Positions 9,326-18,245 of a DNA stretch of 53,926 nt are shown here, in pieces; within the stretch, counting starts at the first letter, position 1; each line of letters begins with the position of its first letter. The notes beneath the pieces were generated by a model that saw only the letters and a list, made by a program, of their open reading frames with translations, made no database searches and was not told the origin of the DNA. The translations under genes were made by a program, and so were the position numbers. Origin of the DNA: a bacterium (lineage in GTDB: Bacteria; Patescibacteriota; Minisyncoccia; Phycocordibacterales; UBA5272); assembly GCA_023267535.1 (NCBI GenBank), contig JAHFNC010000005.1, positions 1-53,926 on the forward strand, read 5' to 3'.

Positions 9326-9400
9326 TTTGTAGATTTTTAAAAAGAATGTAAACTAATGACTAGTTGAACTTTTCTACTAATGATTTCAGGAGATTTTTTT

Positions 9401-9622
9401 ATGGCTCTGCCAGGTATTCCAACTGTGTTGGTGCTTCCCCCCAGTCTTTTGCCGTCGGCTTCGCCACCACAACCTATATGGAAAGAAGTGAAGGCAATAA
9501 ATGAACAAATATTAACAGGAGCACCCTCTACATCACCTTCGACAATTGTAAACATTGGTAATAGCCAAAAGGTTGGAGAGATTGGCTACGGAAATATATC
9601 ATCAAAAAATATTCGTTTCTAA
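9401..9622 (+). CDS. Small P/S-rich hypothetical protein (73 aa)
   Basis: AGGAG 8 nt upstream of the ATG at 9401; terminator at 9639-9669. An overlapping antisense ORF lacks an SD. Confidence 0.35.
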   Translation: MALPGIPTVLVLPPSLLPSASPPQPIWKEVKAINEQILTGAPSTSPSTIVNIGNSQKVGEIGYGNISSKNIRF

Positions 9623-9638
9623 TTAATATACAAACTTC

Positions 9639-9669
9639 AAAGCAGTTAGCGGTCACTAACTGCTTTTTC
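9639..9669 (+). terminator. Intrinsic terminator
   Basis: agcagttag-cggtca-ctaactgct followed by ttttt. Confidence 0.7.
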
Positions 9670-9785
9670 TATTTCTGTGGAACTAGTGCGTAGAAAATAT
9701 TTACAAAAATAAAAACAGGTATAGACTAAATATTAGCCCTTCTCTATAGAAATATATTGAAGGATTTCGTTCAAAAAAATTAAAC

Positions 9786-10074
9786 AAGGAGATTCAAAAA
9801 TATGGGGAATAGAACCTGTAGGTTTTTACCAGGTGGTTGCGACTGCTTACACGAGCAAGATAGCGCCAAATGCTCTGTCGTGAAGGGAGATTCCAAGGAA
9901 TGCGACGGAATGATTGGAACGATAGGAGCAAGGACAGAATTTGCAGTGGGGCGTGGTATCAGGTTGCGCGACAGAAAGCCAGATGGCCCCGGGCATCTAT
10001 CAGACGGGGCTTTCATCGCGAGATCTCCGGCAAGCAAGAGGAGTATTCGAATCTAGAACTCCTTTCCGAAACTT
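9786..10074 (+). ncRNA. GC-rich structured RNA, possible reduced RNase P RNA
   Basis: Independent unit between an AT-rich promoter-like region and the terminator at 10075. Contains GCGACAGAAAGCC (CR-II-like ACAGAAA), CCGGCAAGCAAGAGG (like CCGGAGCAAGGCCAAAUAGG) and AGAA-CUCCUUUC, which can pair with GAAGGGAG (P4-like). The canonical GGAAAGUCC is not present. Confidence 0.35.
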
Positions 10075-10098
10075 AAAGACAGTCCGAGGGCTGTCTTT
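10075..10098. terminator. Bidirectional terminator (structured RNA / ftsH)
   Basis: AAAGACAG-tccgaggg-CTGTCTTT with T-runs on both strands. Confidence 0.75.
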
Positions 10099-10103
10099 TA
10101 ATT

Positions 10104-12023
10104 TTATAAAATTATTTCTTCTTTCTTCTTTTTTGGAGTGATGCCGTTTACTAAAAGTAACTTTTCAAAATCTTCTCTTTCTAAACTTTCTACTCTCATC
10201 AATTCTTCGGCAATTGAAGTTAGAGCATCTCTTTTATCTATAATTATTTTTCTAGCTCTACTCCAAGAATCATCCATGATTCTTTTTATTTCGTCATCAA
10301 TCTTTTCACCAAAAGCTTCGCTGTAATCTTTTCCATACATGCTTCTTAAATAAGAATTTCTTTCATCGTGCTCAAGCGCCATAGGACCAAGCGTACTCAT
10401 ACCGTATTTTGTAACCATATTTCTAGCCATAGCTGTAGCAACCTGTAAATCATTTGATGGGCCAGTTGTTATGTCACCAAATATTTCTTTTTCAGCCACA
10501 TATCCACCGAGAGACATAGCGATGTCATCCAAAAATCTTTGTCTACTCATTAATCTAGTTTCATCAAAAGGAAGTTTAAGTGTATAACCACCAGCGTGAC
10601 CTCTCGCGATTATAGAAACTTTATGTACCGGATCAGCATCGGGTAAACATGATGCCACAAGTGCGTGCCCAGCTTCATGATAAGCAGTAATTTTCTTTTC
10701 TTCACTTGATAGCAAATGACTTTTTCTTTCAGGACCGAGCATAACTTTTTCAATCGCACGAATAAAATCATATTGTGCCACCATCTTTCTTTCTTCGCGG
10801 GCTGCAAGAATAGCTCCTTCATTCATTAAACTATAAAGATCAGCGCCAGAAAATCCAGGAGTTCTCTCAGCAATTATTTTTAGATTTACATCTTCAGCTA
10901 AAGGCTTTCCTCTTCCGTGAATTGCGAGTATTGCTTCGCGATCGCCTCTGTCTGGTAAATCAAGAGTTATACGACGATCAAATCTTCCTGGTCGTAATAG
11001 CGCCGGATCTAAGACGTCTGGTCTATTGGTTGCGGCCATAACAATTAAATTCTGTGTTGGCTCAAAACCATCCATCTCAACAAGTATTTGATTTAAAGTC
11101 TGCTCTCTTCCCTCTCCTTGTCCACCAATAGATAGCGCTCTAGCTCGACCAACAGCATCAATCTCATCAATGAAAATAATAGACGGTGCATTTTTCTTTG
11201 CCATTTCAAATAAATCTCTAACGCGCGATGCTCCAACGCCAACAAACATCTCTTCAAACTCGCTACCTGATAAATGGAAAAAAGGGACTCCTGCTTCTCC
11301 GGCTACCGCTCTGGCGAGCAATGTCTTTCCTGTTCCTGGCGCACCCATTAATAAAACACCTTTTGGAATTTGAGCGCCGATGTCTAGAAACTTTTTTGGA
11401 TTTCTTAAAAACTCAACTATTTCTAATAATTCTTCCTTCGCTTCTTTTGCTCCAGCTACATCTTTAAATGTAATTTTCTCTTTAGTGTCCCCTGGATAAA
11501 TTATTTTGGCACGAGACTGACCGAAAGAAAGAGCCTGCATGTTTGCTCCCTTGATTCCACGAACAAGCCACCAAAGCATTAGCACTACAAAAAGTATTGG
11601 CAAAAATGCAGAAAATATTCTTGTCCAATAATAAACACCAGTATCAGTTCCGATTGATACCGAAACTTTTGAAAGTGTTGTTGTACTCACCCCGTAATCT
11701 TTTAGTGTGTCTAATATTCCTGTACTCGATTCTTTTTTAGTGCTAACTTGTTGTCCGTCTGTTTTTTCGGCAATAACATCGTCTCCTTTAACAACGATAT
11801 TTTTTATACTGTTAGTTGAGACCAGAGAAGCAAGTTCAGATAATGGAATCTCTTTTGTAGTTGAAGTGCTTTGAATTAAGGAATAGCTCCACACTAAAAC
11901 CGCTAACACCAAAACTACAGTGAAAAAATTCTGGGAAAAGCTGAATATTTTCTTACCTTTTTCGTCCTTTCCTTTTATGCTCCTTATATTTGCCCTTATT
12001 TTATTGAGTGGATTCTTTTTCAT
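10104..12023 (-). CDS. ftsH: ATP-dependent zinc metalloprotease FtsH
   Basis: Two N-terminal TMs, AAA Walker A GAPGTGKT, Walker [19 protein letters not shown] zinc site. Confidence 0.95.
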   Translation of the reverse strand: MKKNPLNKIRANIRSIKGKDEKGKKIFSFSQNFFTVVLVLAVLVWSYSLIQSTSTTKEIPLSELASLVSTNSIKNIVVKGDDVIAEKTDGQQVSTKKESSTGILDTLKDYGVSTTTLSKVSVSIGTDTGVYYWTRIFSAFLPILFVVLMLWWLVRGIKGANMQALSFGQSRAKIIYPGDTKEKITFKDVAGAKEAKEELLEIVEFLRNPKKFLDIGAQIPKGVLLMGAPGTGKTLLARAVAGEAGVPFFHLSGSEFEEMFVGVGASRVRDLFEMAKKNAPSIIFIDEIDAVGRARALSIGGQGEGREQTLNQILVEMDGFEPTQNLIVMAATNRPDVLDPALLRPGRFDRRITLDLPDRGDREAILAIHGRGKPLAEDVNLKIIAERTPGFSGADLYSLMNEGAILAAREERKMVAQYDFIRAIEKVMLGPERKSHLLSSEEKKITAYHEAGHALVASCLPDADPVHKVSIIARGHAGGYTLKLPFDETRLMSRQRFLDDIAMSLGGYVAEKEIFGDITTGPSNDLQVATAMARNMVTKYGMSTLGPMALEHDERNSYLRSMYGKDYSEAFGEKIDDEIKRIMDDSWSRARKIIIDKRDALTSIAEELMRVESLEREDFEKLLLVNGITPKKKKEEIIL

Positions 12024-12104
12024 ACCTTTAAGTTTAGCTATTATAACAAAAAGGGAGATTTTTTGCTTTTAAAAAAATATAAGAAAAAATGCTAAAATAT
12101 CGCT

Positions 12105-12539
12105 ATGAGATTAATAGAAAACAAAAAACTTGGACTCAGTTATTCTGTAGAAGATAAGATTGAGGCTGGAATTGAACTACTAGGAACTGAGGTAAAAGCA
12201 CTGCGCCAAAAACTCGGTTCTCTTGAAGGTGGAAAGGCTATTGTTCGTGGTGGAGAAGTTTTTCTTGTTGGTATTTTTATACCACCATATCAAGAAAATA
12301 ATACGCCAAAATCATATGACCCATATCGCACTAGAAAACTTCTGTTAAACAAGAGTGAAATACTAAAAATAATAAGATTAGAGGAATCAAAAAACTTGAC
12401 AATAGTGCCTATTTCATTGTATATTAAAAACAATCTCGTTAAGTGCGAGATTGGACTTTGTAAGAAAAAACAAAAAGGAGACAAGCGAGAAAATATTAAA
12501 AAAGATATCGCTCGTCGAGAATTAAAGAACGCAAAGTAA
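12105..12539 (+). CDS. smpB: SsrA-binding protein SmpB
   Basis: GIELLGTEVKALR and the basic C-terminal tail typical of SmpB; directly precedes the tmRNA. Confidence 0.92.
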   Translation: MRLIENKKLGLSYSVEDKIEAGIELLGTEVKALRQKLGSLEGGKAIVRGGEVFLVGIFIPPYQENNTPKSYDPYRTRKLLLNKSEILKIIRLEESKNLTIVPISLYIKNNLVKCEIGLCKKKQKGDKRENIKKDIARRELKNAK

Positions 12540-12544
12540 CTTAC

Positions 12545-12939
12545 GGGAGTGTACTTGGATTCGATAGATAAAAATGTTTTATATGTGCTGTGTCGAAAAA
12601 TCTTGATGATTCGTAAAACTTCAAGAACACATTGTTGCAAACAAAACTGCAGCAGCAATTCGTTCACCATATATGGCGTTCGGATTTGCTCCAGCATTCG
12701 CCTAATTTAGGCCAATCTGGTGTCGCCTATTTTTCACCAACTGAAATAGTAACGGCATAATACAAATTGGTGTAGATAGTTATATTGCACACATAATTAT
12801 TGAAACAATGTGCTTTGGTTAATTAACATTTGGTTTGTTTAATAATTAATTAGCCGAGAACACAAGAAGCAAACTAAACACTGTAGACTCATATATACAT
12901 CTTATTTACACGGCGGTTCGACCCCGCCCACTTCCACCA
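12545..12939 (+). ncRNA. ssrA: tmRNA (SsrA)
   Basis: 5' GGGAGUG pairs with 3' CACUUCC-ACCA, including a G3:U70 pair. GGAUUCGA D-like and GGUUCGACCCCGCC T-arm. Tag ORF 12637-12705 = ANKTAAAIRSPYMAFGFAPAFA*. Confidence 0.88.
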
Positions 12940-12980
12940 AATAACTAAAGCCACATCGATTGATGTGGCTTTAGTTATTT
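12939..12980 (+). terminator. Long hairpin terminator after tmRNA
   Basis: aaataactaaagccacatc-gatt-gatgtggctttagttattt. The stem can extend into CCACCA/TGGTGG. Confidence 0.7.
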
Positions 12981-12985
12981 GGTGG

Positions 12986-13160
12986 AATGGGAACGAGTGG
13001 TAAACCCACTCGTGTCAGGGTCGAACAGGAACACGAGGTTCCCTGTTCGAATGGAGTGAGAATAGGGCGTGTGACGCACGGGGTCGCGACTTTGAGTGTT
13101 TTGTAAGTGTAACCACGAAACAAAATACCAAAGTGGTGACCGACCCCCGACCCGCCACAG
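12986..13160 (+). repeat. tmRNA-flanking conserved element A (homologous to 53594-53805 in inverse orientation)
   Basis: Blocks cggggtcgcgactttgagtgtttt (13079-13102) and aaaataccaaagtggtgacc (13122-13141) match the rc of 53647-53671 (23/24) and 53598-53617 (20/20). Two preceding GC hairpins occupy equivalent positions. Confidence 0.6.
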
Positions 13161-13170
13161 CGCTTTATTT

Positions 13171-13800
13171 ATGCTAAAATTATTTTTAATGATTACCAAT
13201 ATAATAAATCACCTAGCTAGCATAATTACCGAAACCATAAACACAACTGGATATTTCGGTGTCTTCATATTAATGGCACTGGAAAGTTGTGGAATACCAG
13301 CGCCCTCTGAAATAATTATGCCGTTTGCTGGATTTTTAACAGCCATAGGCAGATTTAATTTCTGGACAGTTTCCTTCATGGGAGCAATTGGAAATCTGTT
13401 TGGTTCTTTGCTTGCTTATTACATAGGATACTTTGGTGGTAGGCCTCTGATAGAAAAATATGGAAAATATATTTTAATTTCAAAAAGAGAATTAGATATT
13501 GCTGATAATTGGTTTGTAAGGCACGGAAATGTAACTGTCTTTGTAGGACGACTACTTCCAGTTATACGAACATACATTTCCTTTCCAGCCGGAATAGCTA
13601 AGATGAATATAAAAAAGTTTTCTTTCTATACTTTTGTTGGGGCTTTTATATGGAGCGCCTTATTCACATATCTTGGAATTAAATTACAAAATAACTGGAC
13701 ACTGATTCACGACAAGCTTCATTATATTGATTATATTGTTGTAATCTTTATTGTCTATTTGGTTATATCTTACTTTTGGAAAAAGAAAATGGTAAAATAG
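13171..13800 (+). CDS. DedA family membrane protein
   Basis: GIPAPSEIIMPFAGF and RLLPVIRTYISFPAG motifs. Start moved to the ATG at 13171 because the upstream part of the ORF lies in GC-rich element A. Confidence 0.8.
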   Translation: MLKLFLMITNIINHLASIITETINTTGYFGVFILMALESCGIPAPSEIIMPFAGFLTAIGRFNFWTVSFMGAIGNLFGSLLAYYIGYFGGRPLIEKYGKYILISKRELDIADNWFVRHGNVTVFVGRLLPVIRTYISFPAGIAKMNIKKFSFYTFVGAFIWSALFTYLGIKLQNNWTLIHDKLHYIDYIVVIFIVYLVISYFWKKKMVK

Positions 13801-13804
13801 ACCT

Positions 13805-14011
13805 ATGTTAAATATAACAAACTTTACAAGCGGACAGTTTAAAATAGTTTTAATAATTGCTATTGTTTGGTCATTAATTTGGAAAGGTATGGCCCTTTGG
13901 AAATCAGCTAAGCATGGAGACAAAAAATGGTTCATTGCTATGTTGATTATAAATACTCTTGGTATTCTAGAGATACTGTATCTCTATGTCTTTAGTAAAA
14001 AGAAAAAGTAA
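13805..14011 (+). CDS. Small 2-TM membrane protein
   Basis: 68 aa; WKGMALWKSAKHGDKKWF between two hydrophobic helices. Confidence 0.55.
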   Translation: MLNITNFTSGQFKIVLIIAIVWSLIWKGMALWKSAKHGDKKWFIAMLIINTLGILEILYLYVFSKKKK

Positions 14012-14055
14012 TATTGCTTAATTAGTCTTTTACTGATAGCATTTAGAAAACAACT

Positions 14056-14568
14056 TTGGCAGAAAAAATAAACATCAACAATAATATTCGTTCATTCAAA
14101 CTACGCGTGATAGGAGCACACGGAGATAATTTAGGAGTAATTACTAAAGAAGAAGCTATAGCTCTAGCTAAGCAAGCTGGACTTGATTTGATTGAAGTCT
14201 CCCCTAACGCTGATCCTCCTGTGGCTCGCATTGCTGACTATGGAAAATATGTTTACGAGCTTTCCAAGAAACAAAAGGAAGTAAAGGCAAAATCCCATAC
14301 AACTGAAACAAAAAACATACAAATAAGTGTTTCTATTTCTGAACACGACATTATGATTAAAGCTAAACAGGCGGCCGAATGGATAAGAGAAGGACATCGT
14401 GTGAAAATTGACCTGCAACTAAAAGGAAGGACTAAATATATGGATGAAAAGTTCTTAAGAGAGAGAATGGATAGAATTTTAGCCGTTATTCCAGCCGAGT
14501 ACAAAATAGCTGAACCCCTTAAAAAGATTCCTAAATCAATGATGATTGTACTTGAAAAGGCTAAATAA
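14056..14568 (+). CDS. infC: Translation initiation factor IF-3
   Basis: Non-ATG (TTG) start as is typical for infC; LRVIGAHGDNLGV, DLIEVSPNADPPVARI; followed by rpmI-rplT. Confidence 0.9.
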   Translation: MAEKININNNIRSFKLRVIGAHGDNLGVITKEEAIALAKQAGLDLIEVSPNADPPVARIADYGKYVYELSKKQKEVKAKSHTTETKNIQISVSISEHDIMIKAKQAAEWIREGHRVKIDLQLKGRTKYMDEKFLRERMDRILAVIPAEYKIAEPLKKIPKSMMIVLEKAK

Positions 14569-14603
14569 GTGTGCTAGAATAGCGTGATTATCATTATAAG
14601 ATT

Positions 14604-14792
14604 ATGAAGACCAATAAATCAGTTTTAAAACGTTTGAGAGTAACAAAAAACGGAAAGATAATCGGCCGCAAGCCGGGTCTTAATCATTTCAATGCTAAAG
14701 CTCCTCGTAGAAAGCAATTAAACGCAAAGCGTGGACAAGAATTCGTTATGACAGGAAAAGAAAAGTCTCGTTTCCTTCCAGGTCTCCTATAA
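14604..14792 (+). CDS. rpmI: 50S ribosomal protein L35
   Basis: MKTNKSVLKRLRVTKNGKI..; conserved operon position. Confidence 0.9.
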   Translation: MKTNKSVLKRLRVTKNGKIIGRKPGLNHFNAKAPRRKQLNAKRGQEFVMTGKEKSRFLPGLL

Positions 14793-14815
14793 TCTTAAAA
14801 TTAACCTAAAAATAT

Positions 14816-15163
14816 ATGGCAAGAGTAAAAAGAAGTAAGATGGCAATGAAGCACAGAAGAAATGTGCTGAAGCAAGCGAAAGGCTATCGTTTTGGTCGTA
14901 GTAAAAAAGAAGTGGAAGCAAAAGTTGCTCTTCGTCATGCTGGAGCTTATGCTTTCGCTCACAGAAAAGATAAGAAAACTGATGCTAGAAGATTGTTTAC
15001 TGTAAGACTAAATGCTGGACTTCGCGAAATGGGAATTACATACAGCGTGTTTATTGATAAATTAACAAAGAAAGGAATGACTATCAATCGTAAAATGTTG
15101 TCAGAGTTAGCACAAAATAACCCAGACACATTTAAGAGAGTAGTGGATCAAGTTAACGCCTAA
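14816..15163 (+). CDS. rplT: 50S ribosomal protein L20
   Basis: MARVKRS..HRRNVLKQAKGYRFGRS. Confidence 0.93.
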   Translation: MARVKRSKMAMKHRRNVLKQAKGYRFGRSKKEVEAKVALRHAGAYAFAHRKDKKTDARRLFTVRLNAGLREMGITYSVFIDKLTKKGMTINRKMLSELAQNNPDTFKRVVDQVNA

Positions 15164-15170
15164 ACAATAT

Positions 15171-15202
15171 AAAAAGAGCGACACCTACGGTGTCGCTCTT
15201 TT
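15171..15202. terminator. Bidirectional terminator between convergent genes
   Basis: aaaaaGAGCGACACCtacGGTGTCGCTCtttt. Confidence 0.8.
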
Positions 15203-15207
15203 GTATT

Positions 15208-15783
15208 CTAAAGCCTTATATTGATTTCTCCATTTTCCTCCCTTTTATTTATCATTGCCACCAATTTTGAAACCATTATTTTAGGATCACTTTCAAAAAT
15301 AACACCATCATTCTGACGATTGCTATTATCTATTATATTTCTTATAACTTCATCTGTTGGCCATTCACCAACCAATATCCCAAGAGGCATATTCGCTTCC
15401 CAAGCAACTGTAAACTCATGTATCGTCCCTATTCTTCCACAACCAATAATAACGGCGTCCGCCGATCTCACCAACATCAAGTCTCTTCCAGGATAACCGA
15501 AGCCAGTATAAATAACTGTGTCCATTGCTTTAAGCGGAAGATGATATGTTTCCAAATGTTCTTTCTTGCTCGCGGCTGGAGATAGTCCGAAAGAAAATCC
15601 ACCTGCCTCCTTGGCACCTTCTGCGGTATACATCGGGAAGCCAGAAGTGGCGCCAGTAATTAATTGGCAACCTTGTCTTGCTATCTCACGACCTAATTCT
15701 TTAGCGATCGGTATGACAGAAGGTCCACAGTGTGCGATATCAGCAGCGCCGGACACTGCTATTGTTATTTTACTTGCTTTCAT
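15208..15783 (-). CDS. LOG/TIGR00725-like Rossmann-fold protein
   Basis: ITGATSG and GCGRIGTIHEF (PGGxGTxxE-like) motifs; 191 aa. Confidence 0.7.
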   Translation of the reverse strand: MKASKITIAVSGAADIAHCGPSVIPIAKELGREIARQGCQLITGATSGFPMYTAEGAKEAGGFSFGLSPAASKKEHLETYHLPLKAMDTVIYTGFGYPGRDLMLVRSADAVIIGCGRIGTIHEFTVAWEANMPLGILVGEWPTDEVIRNIIDNSNRQNDGVIFESDPKIMVSKLVAMINKREENGEINIRL

Positions 15784-15849
15784 TTAGATAAATTATATCA
15801 GAGCCAACTCATAGTCGCTAGGTTTATTAACGACATATAGAAGAAAAAA

Positions 15850-17223
15850 TTAATCCAATATAAGGACATCATTTTTTTCTGGAACATTAACAGCGACACC
15901 ATATTCTTCAAAGAGTCTTTGTCCCAAGAAATAAGCGCTTTTTGGTTCTCCCAAAACTACAAAAATCTTTTTTAAAGTACTGGCGGTTGAAGAAACAAAT
16001 TCAACTAAGTGATCAGAATCTTTATGTGCAGAAAATCCATGAATATTTATAATGTGAGCTCTAACTGGTATTACTTCACCGTGAATTATAACCTCCTTAG
16101 CATTATCAACTAATCTTCTTCCTAATGTGTAAGCGCTTTGATAACCAACAATTATGACAGATGATTTTGGATCAGGTAAATATCTCGCCTCGTGAAAAAG
16201 AACTCGACCGCCGTTTGACATACCGCTTCCGGCGATGATAACTTTTGGTCTTTCATCGTTTGAAATATTTTTACTATCTTCTGATGTTGGAGTTTTTATC
16301 AAACCTTTAAAAGCAAAAATGTCGTCTCCACTCTTTATTGTCTTTTCGACATTTTCATTAAACCAACTATCATACTTTTTATAAACTTTAGTTACATTGA
16401 TACCAAGCGGTGAATCAAGATAAATAGGAACTTCTGGAATTTGTTTATTTTCAACTAATTCATTAAAAGCAAGCATGAGTTCTTGTGTCCTCTCAATAGA
16501 GAAGGCCGGTATGACAACTGAGCCTCCGTTATTTATTGTCGAGATTAAAGAATCTTTCAAAATATCAACTCTCTTTTCTCTGTCTTTATGATTACGATCA
16601 CCGTAAACACTTTCCATAACTAAATAATCTATGTTGGTTAATTTAGTTGTATCTTTCATTAAAGGTGATGGTGTATTCCCCAAATCCCCCGTAAAAGCAA
16701 GGTTTTTCCCTTTATATCTTATTTCGATAATTGCTGAACCTAATATGTGACCAGAGTCATGAAAAACAAAAAGGGCGTCGCCATCATCAGTTTTAAAAGT
16801 GTAAGGCTTTTCGTATTCAACAATATCATTCCATAAGTGCATTGAATTTAAAACATCTTTTTCTTCGTAAAGCATTTCAATGTTTTCGTGCTTAGCTTCT
16901 TTGGAAAGAACTCCCATAGAATCAATCATAATAAGTTCAGCAATATCTCTCGTAGGTGCGGTGCTTACTATTTTTCCTTTAAATCCATCTCTTACTAATT
17001 TCGGAATTCTACCAACATGATCTAGATGAGAATGAGTAACAAAAAGTGCGTCAATAGAAGTAGTGTCATAAGTAAATGGTTCACGATTGATAGGAATGGA
17101 ATACCTCTCCCCTTGCACCAACCCACAGTCAATTAAAATTTTCCTACCACCTAATTCAACTAGAAAATTAGAACCAGTCGGCATCTGAGCTCCGTTTGCA
17201 AAAGTGACTTTAAAGGTAGACAT
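15850..17223 (-). CDS. MBL-fold beta-CASP ribonuclease (RNase J/CPSF-like)
   Basis: HSHLDHVG (HxHxDH), the later H and D motifs, and a C-terminal GFSAHKD beta-CASP signature. Confidence 0.85.
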   Translation of the reverse strand: MSTFKVTFANGAQMPTGSNFLVELGGRKILIDCGLVQGERYSIPINREPFTYDTTSIDALFVTHSHLDHVGRIPKLVRDGFKGKIVSTAPTRDIAELIMIDSMGVLSKEAKHENIEMLYEEKDVLNSMHLWNDIVEYEKPYTFKTDDGDALFVFHDSGHILGSAIIEIRYKGKNLAFTGDLGNTPSPLMKDTTKLTNIDYLVMESVYGDRNHKDREKRVDILKDSLISTINNGGSVVIPAFSIERTQELMLAFNELVENKQIPEVPIYLDSPLGINVTKVYKKYDSWFNENVEKTIKSGDDIFAFKGLIKTPTSEDSKNISNDERPKVIIAGSGMSNGGRVLFHEARYLPDPKSSVIIVGYQSAYTLGRRLVDNAKEVIIHGEVIPVRAHIINIHGFSAHKDSDHLVEFVSSTASTLKKIFVVLGEPKSAYFLGQRLFEEYGVAVNVPEKNDVLILD

Positions 17224-17249
17224 AAAATAGATTGTAGTTTAGTGATTAG

Positions 17250-17609
17250 TTATCTTTTTTTATAAATGAAATATGCTAAGGTAGCGCCGAATATTCCGTC
17301 AAATATATCTTTAATGGTGTCAAAAACTCCACCCCATTCCACTCCAAAGAAAATATAATTCAAATATTCATAAATTTCCCACAAAATAGCAACTATCAGT
17401 ATTGATATAAAAATTCTTTTGTAATTTATTTCTAAATTAAAATATTTTAATAATGAAATTGTCAGCGATGTTATAGCAATACCACCTAATATGTGAGTTG
17501 GAATATCAAGCCACCAAATTTCATAGAAAAGATTCATTGGTCCGAAGATAAAAGTTGCCACATAAAATATTACAAAAAGAAAAATGGCTGACAATATTAT
17601 ATTTTTCAT
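17250..17609 (-). CDS. Hypothetical 4-TM membrane protein
   Basis: Start moved to the internal ATG (MKNIILS...) because the longer ORF would read through the terminator hairpin at 17627-17657. Confidence 0.5.
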   Translation of the reverse strand: MKNIILSAIFLFVIFYVATFIFGPMNLFYEIWWLDIPTHILGGIAITSLTISLLKYFNLEINYKRIFISILIVAILWEIYEYLNYIFFGVEWGGVFDTIKDIFDGIFGATLAYFIYKKR

Positions 17610-17626
17610 AATCAAATTATAACATG

Positions 17627-17657
17627 AAAAAACCCGACTTTTGGTCGGATTTTTTTC
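17627..17657. terminator. Bidirectional terminator
   Basis: aaaaaaCCCGACttttGGTCGGattttttt. Confidence 0.65.
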
Positions 17658-17847
17658 AAGAACGCTTGAGCGCATCTACCTGAGTTTTTATTCCAGGTGG
17701 GTAAGATGAGGTCTATTTCTCAAAGTAAACCTACGCTCTATAACCCTAAGATGCAGTAACAGAGATAAATGTTCAAGCGTCCTAATTTGAGTATACGCTC
17801 GAGTAAAATAAGATGCAAGAGAAAATAATATGAAAAAATTTGGTAGG

Positions 17848-17877
17848 AAAAAACTCAAGTTTTCACTTGAGTTTTTT
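17848..17877. terminator. Bidirectional terminator
   Basis: aaaaaaCTCAAGttttcaCTTGAGtttttt. Confidence 0.65.
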
Positions 17878-18029
17878 CCAAAGTGGAGGTACTTCTTATG
17901 CATCTAGCTGAACTTTTATATTCAAGTGGGTAGAAAAAAACACAAACCACAGTCGATGCTTATAATTCATAACCCGTAGACACATATAAGCAGTTAGATG
18001 TATGAAGTACCTATCTTAATTATAGGAGT

Positions 18030-18212
18030 GTGGAAATAATAAGCAAGGAGCTGGCAAGCAAAATTTTTGTGGATTGTGTGGATAAATTAAAAAAATCAAG
18101 GAAAGACAAGGAAGAAATCAAAAAAGTCAGAAATCATTACAGATACGCGAAGCAAGGAGTTTTTGAAAGAAGTCGTAGAAGACTACGACGACTGACAAAA
18201 ATGAACTTGTGA
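18030..18212 (+). CDS. Small basic hypothetical protein (60 aa)
   Basis: ORF only; GTG start with a poorly spaced SD; K/R-rich. Confidence 0.25.
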   Translation: MEIISKELASKIFVDCVDKLKKSRKDKEEIKKVRNHYRYAKQGVFERSRRRLRRLTKMNL

Positions 18213-18245
18213 CAAAGTAGCTGGGGTGATTTATGACTTTTTGGT

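Noticed and set aside
9780-10141. Four overlapping ORFs (9780..10037-, 9802..10056+, 9870..10076+, 9941..10141+), including a Cys-rich 84-aa frame with an AAGGAG upstream.
   Set aside because: Openness in several frames and on both strands, together with atypical composition, indicates a GC-rich structured RNA. They are kept as an ncRNA candidate instead.
12290-13199. ORFs 12290..12697(-) and 12975..13199(-), and the N-terminal 25 codons of 13096..13800(+).
   Set aside because: They are antisense to or overlap smpB, the tmRNA and GC-rich element A. The DedA gene has a better-placed ATG at 13171.
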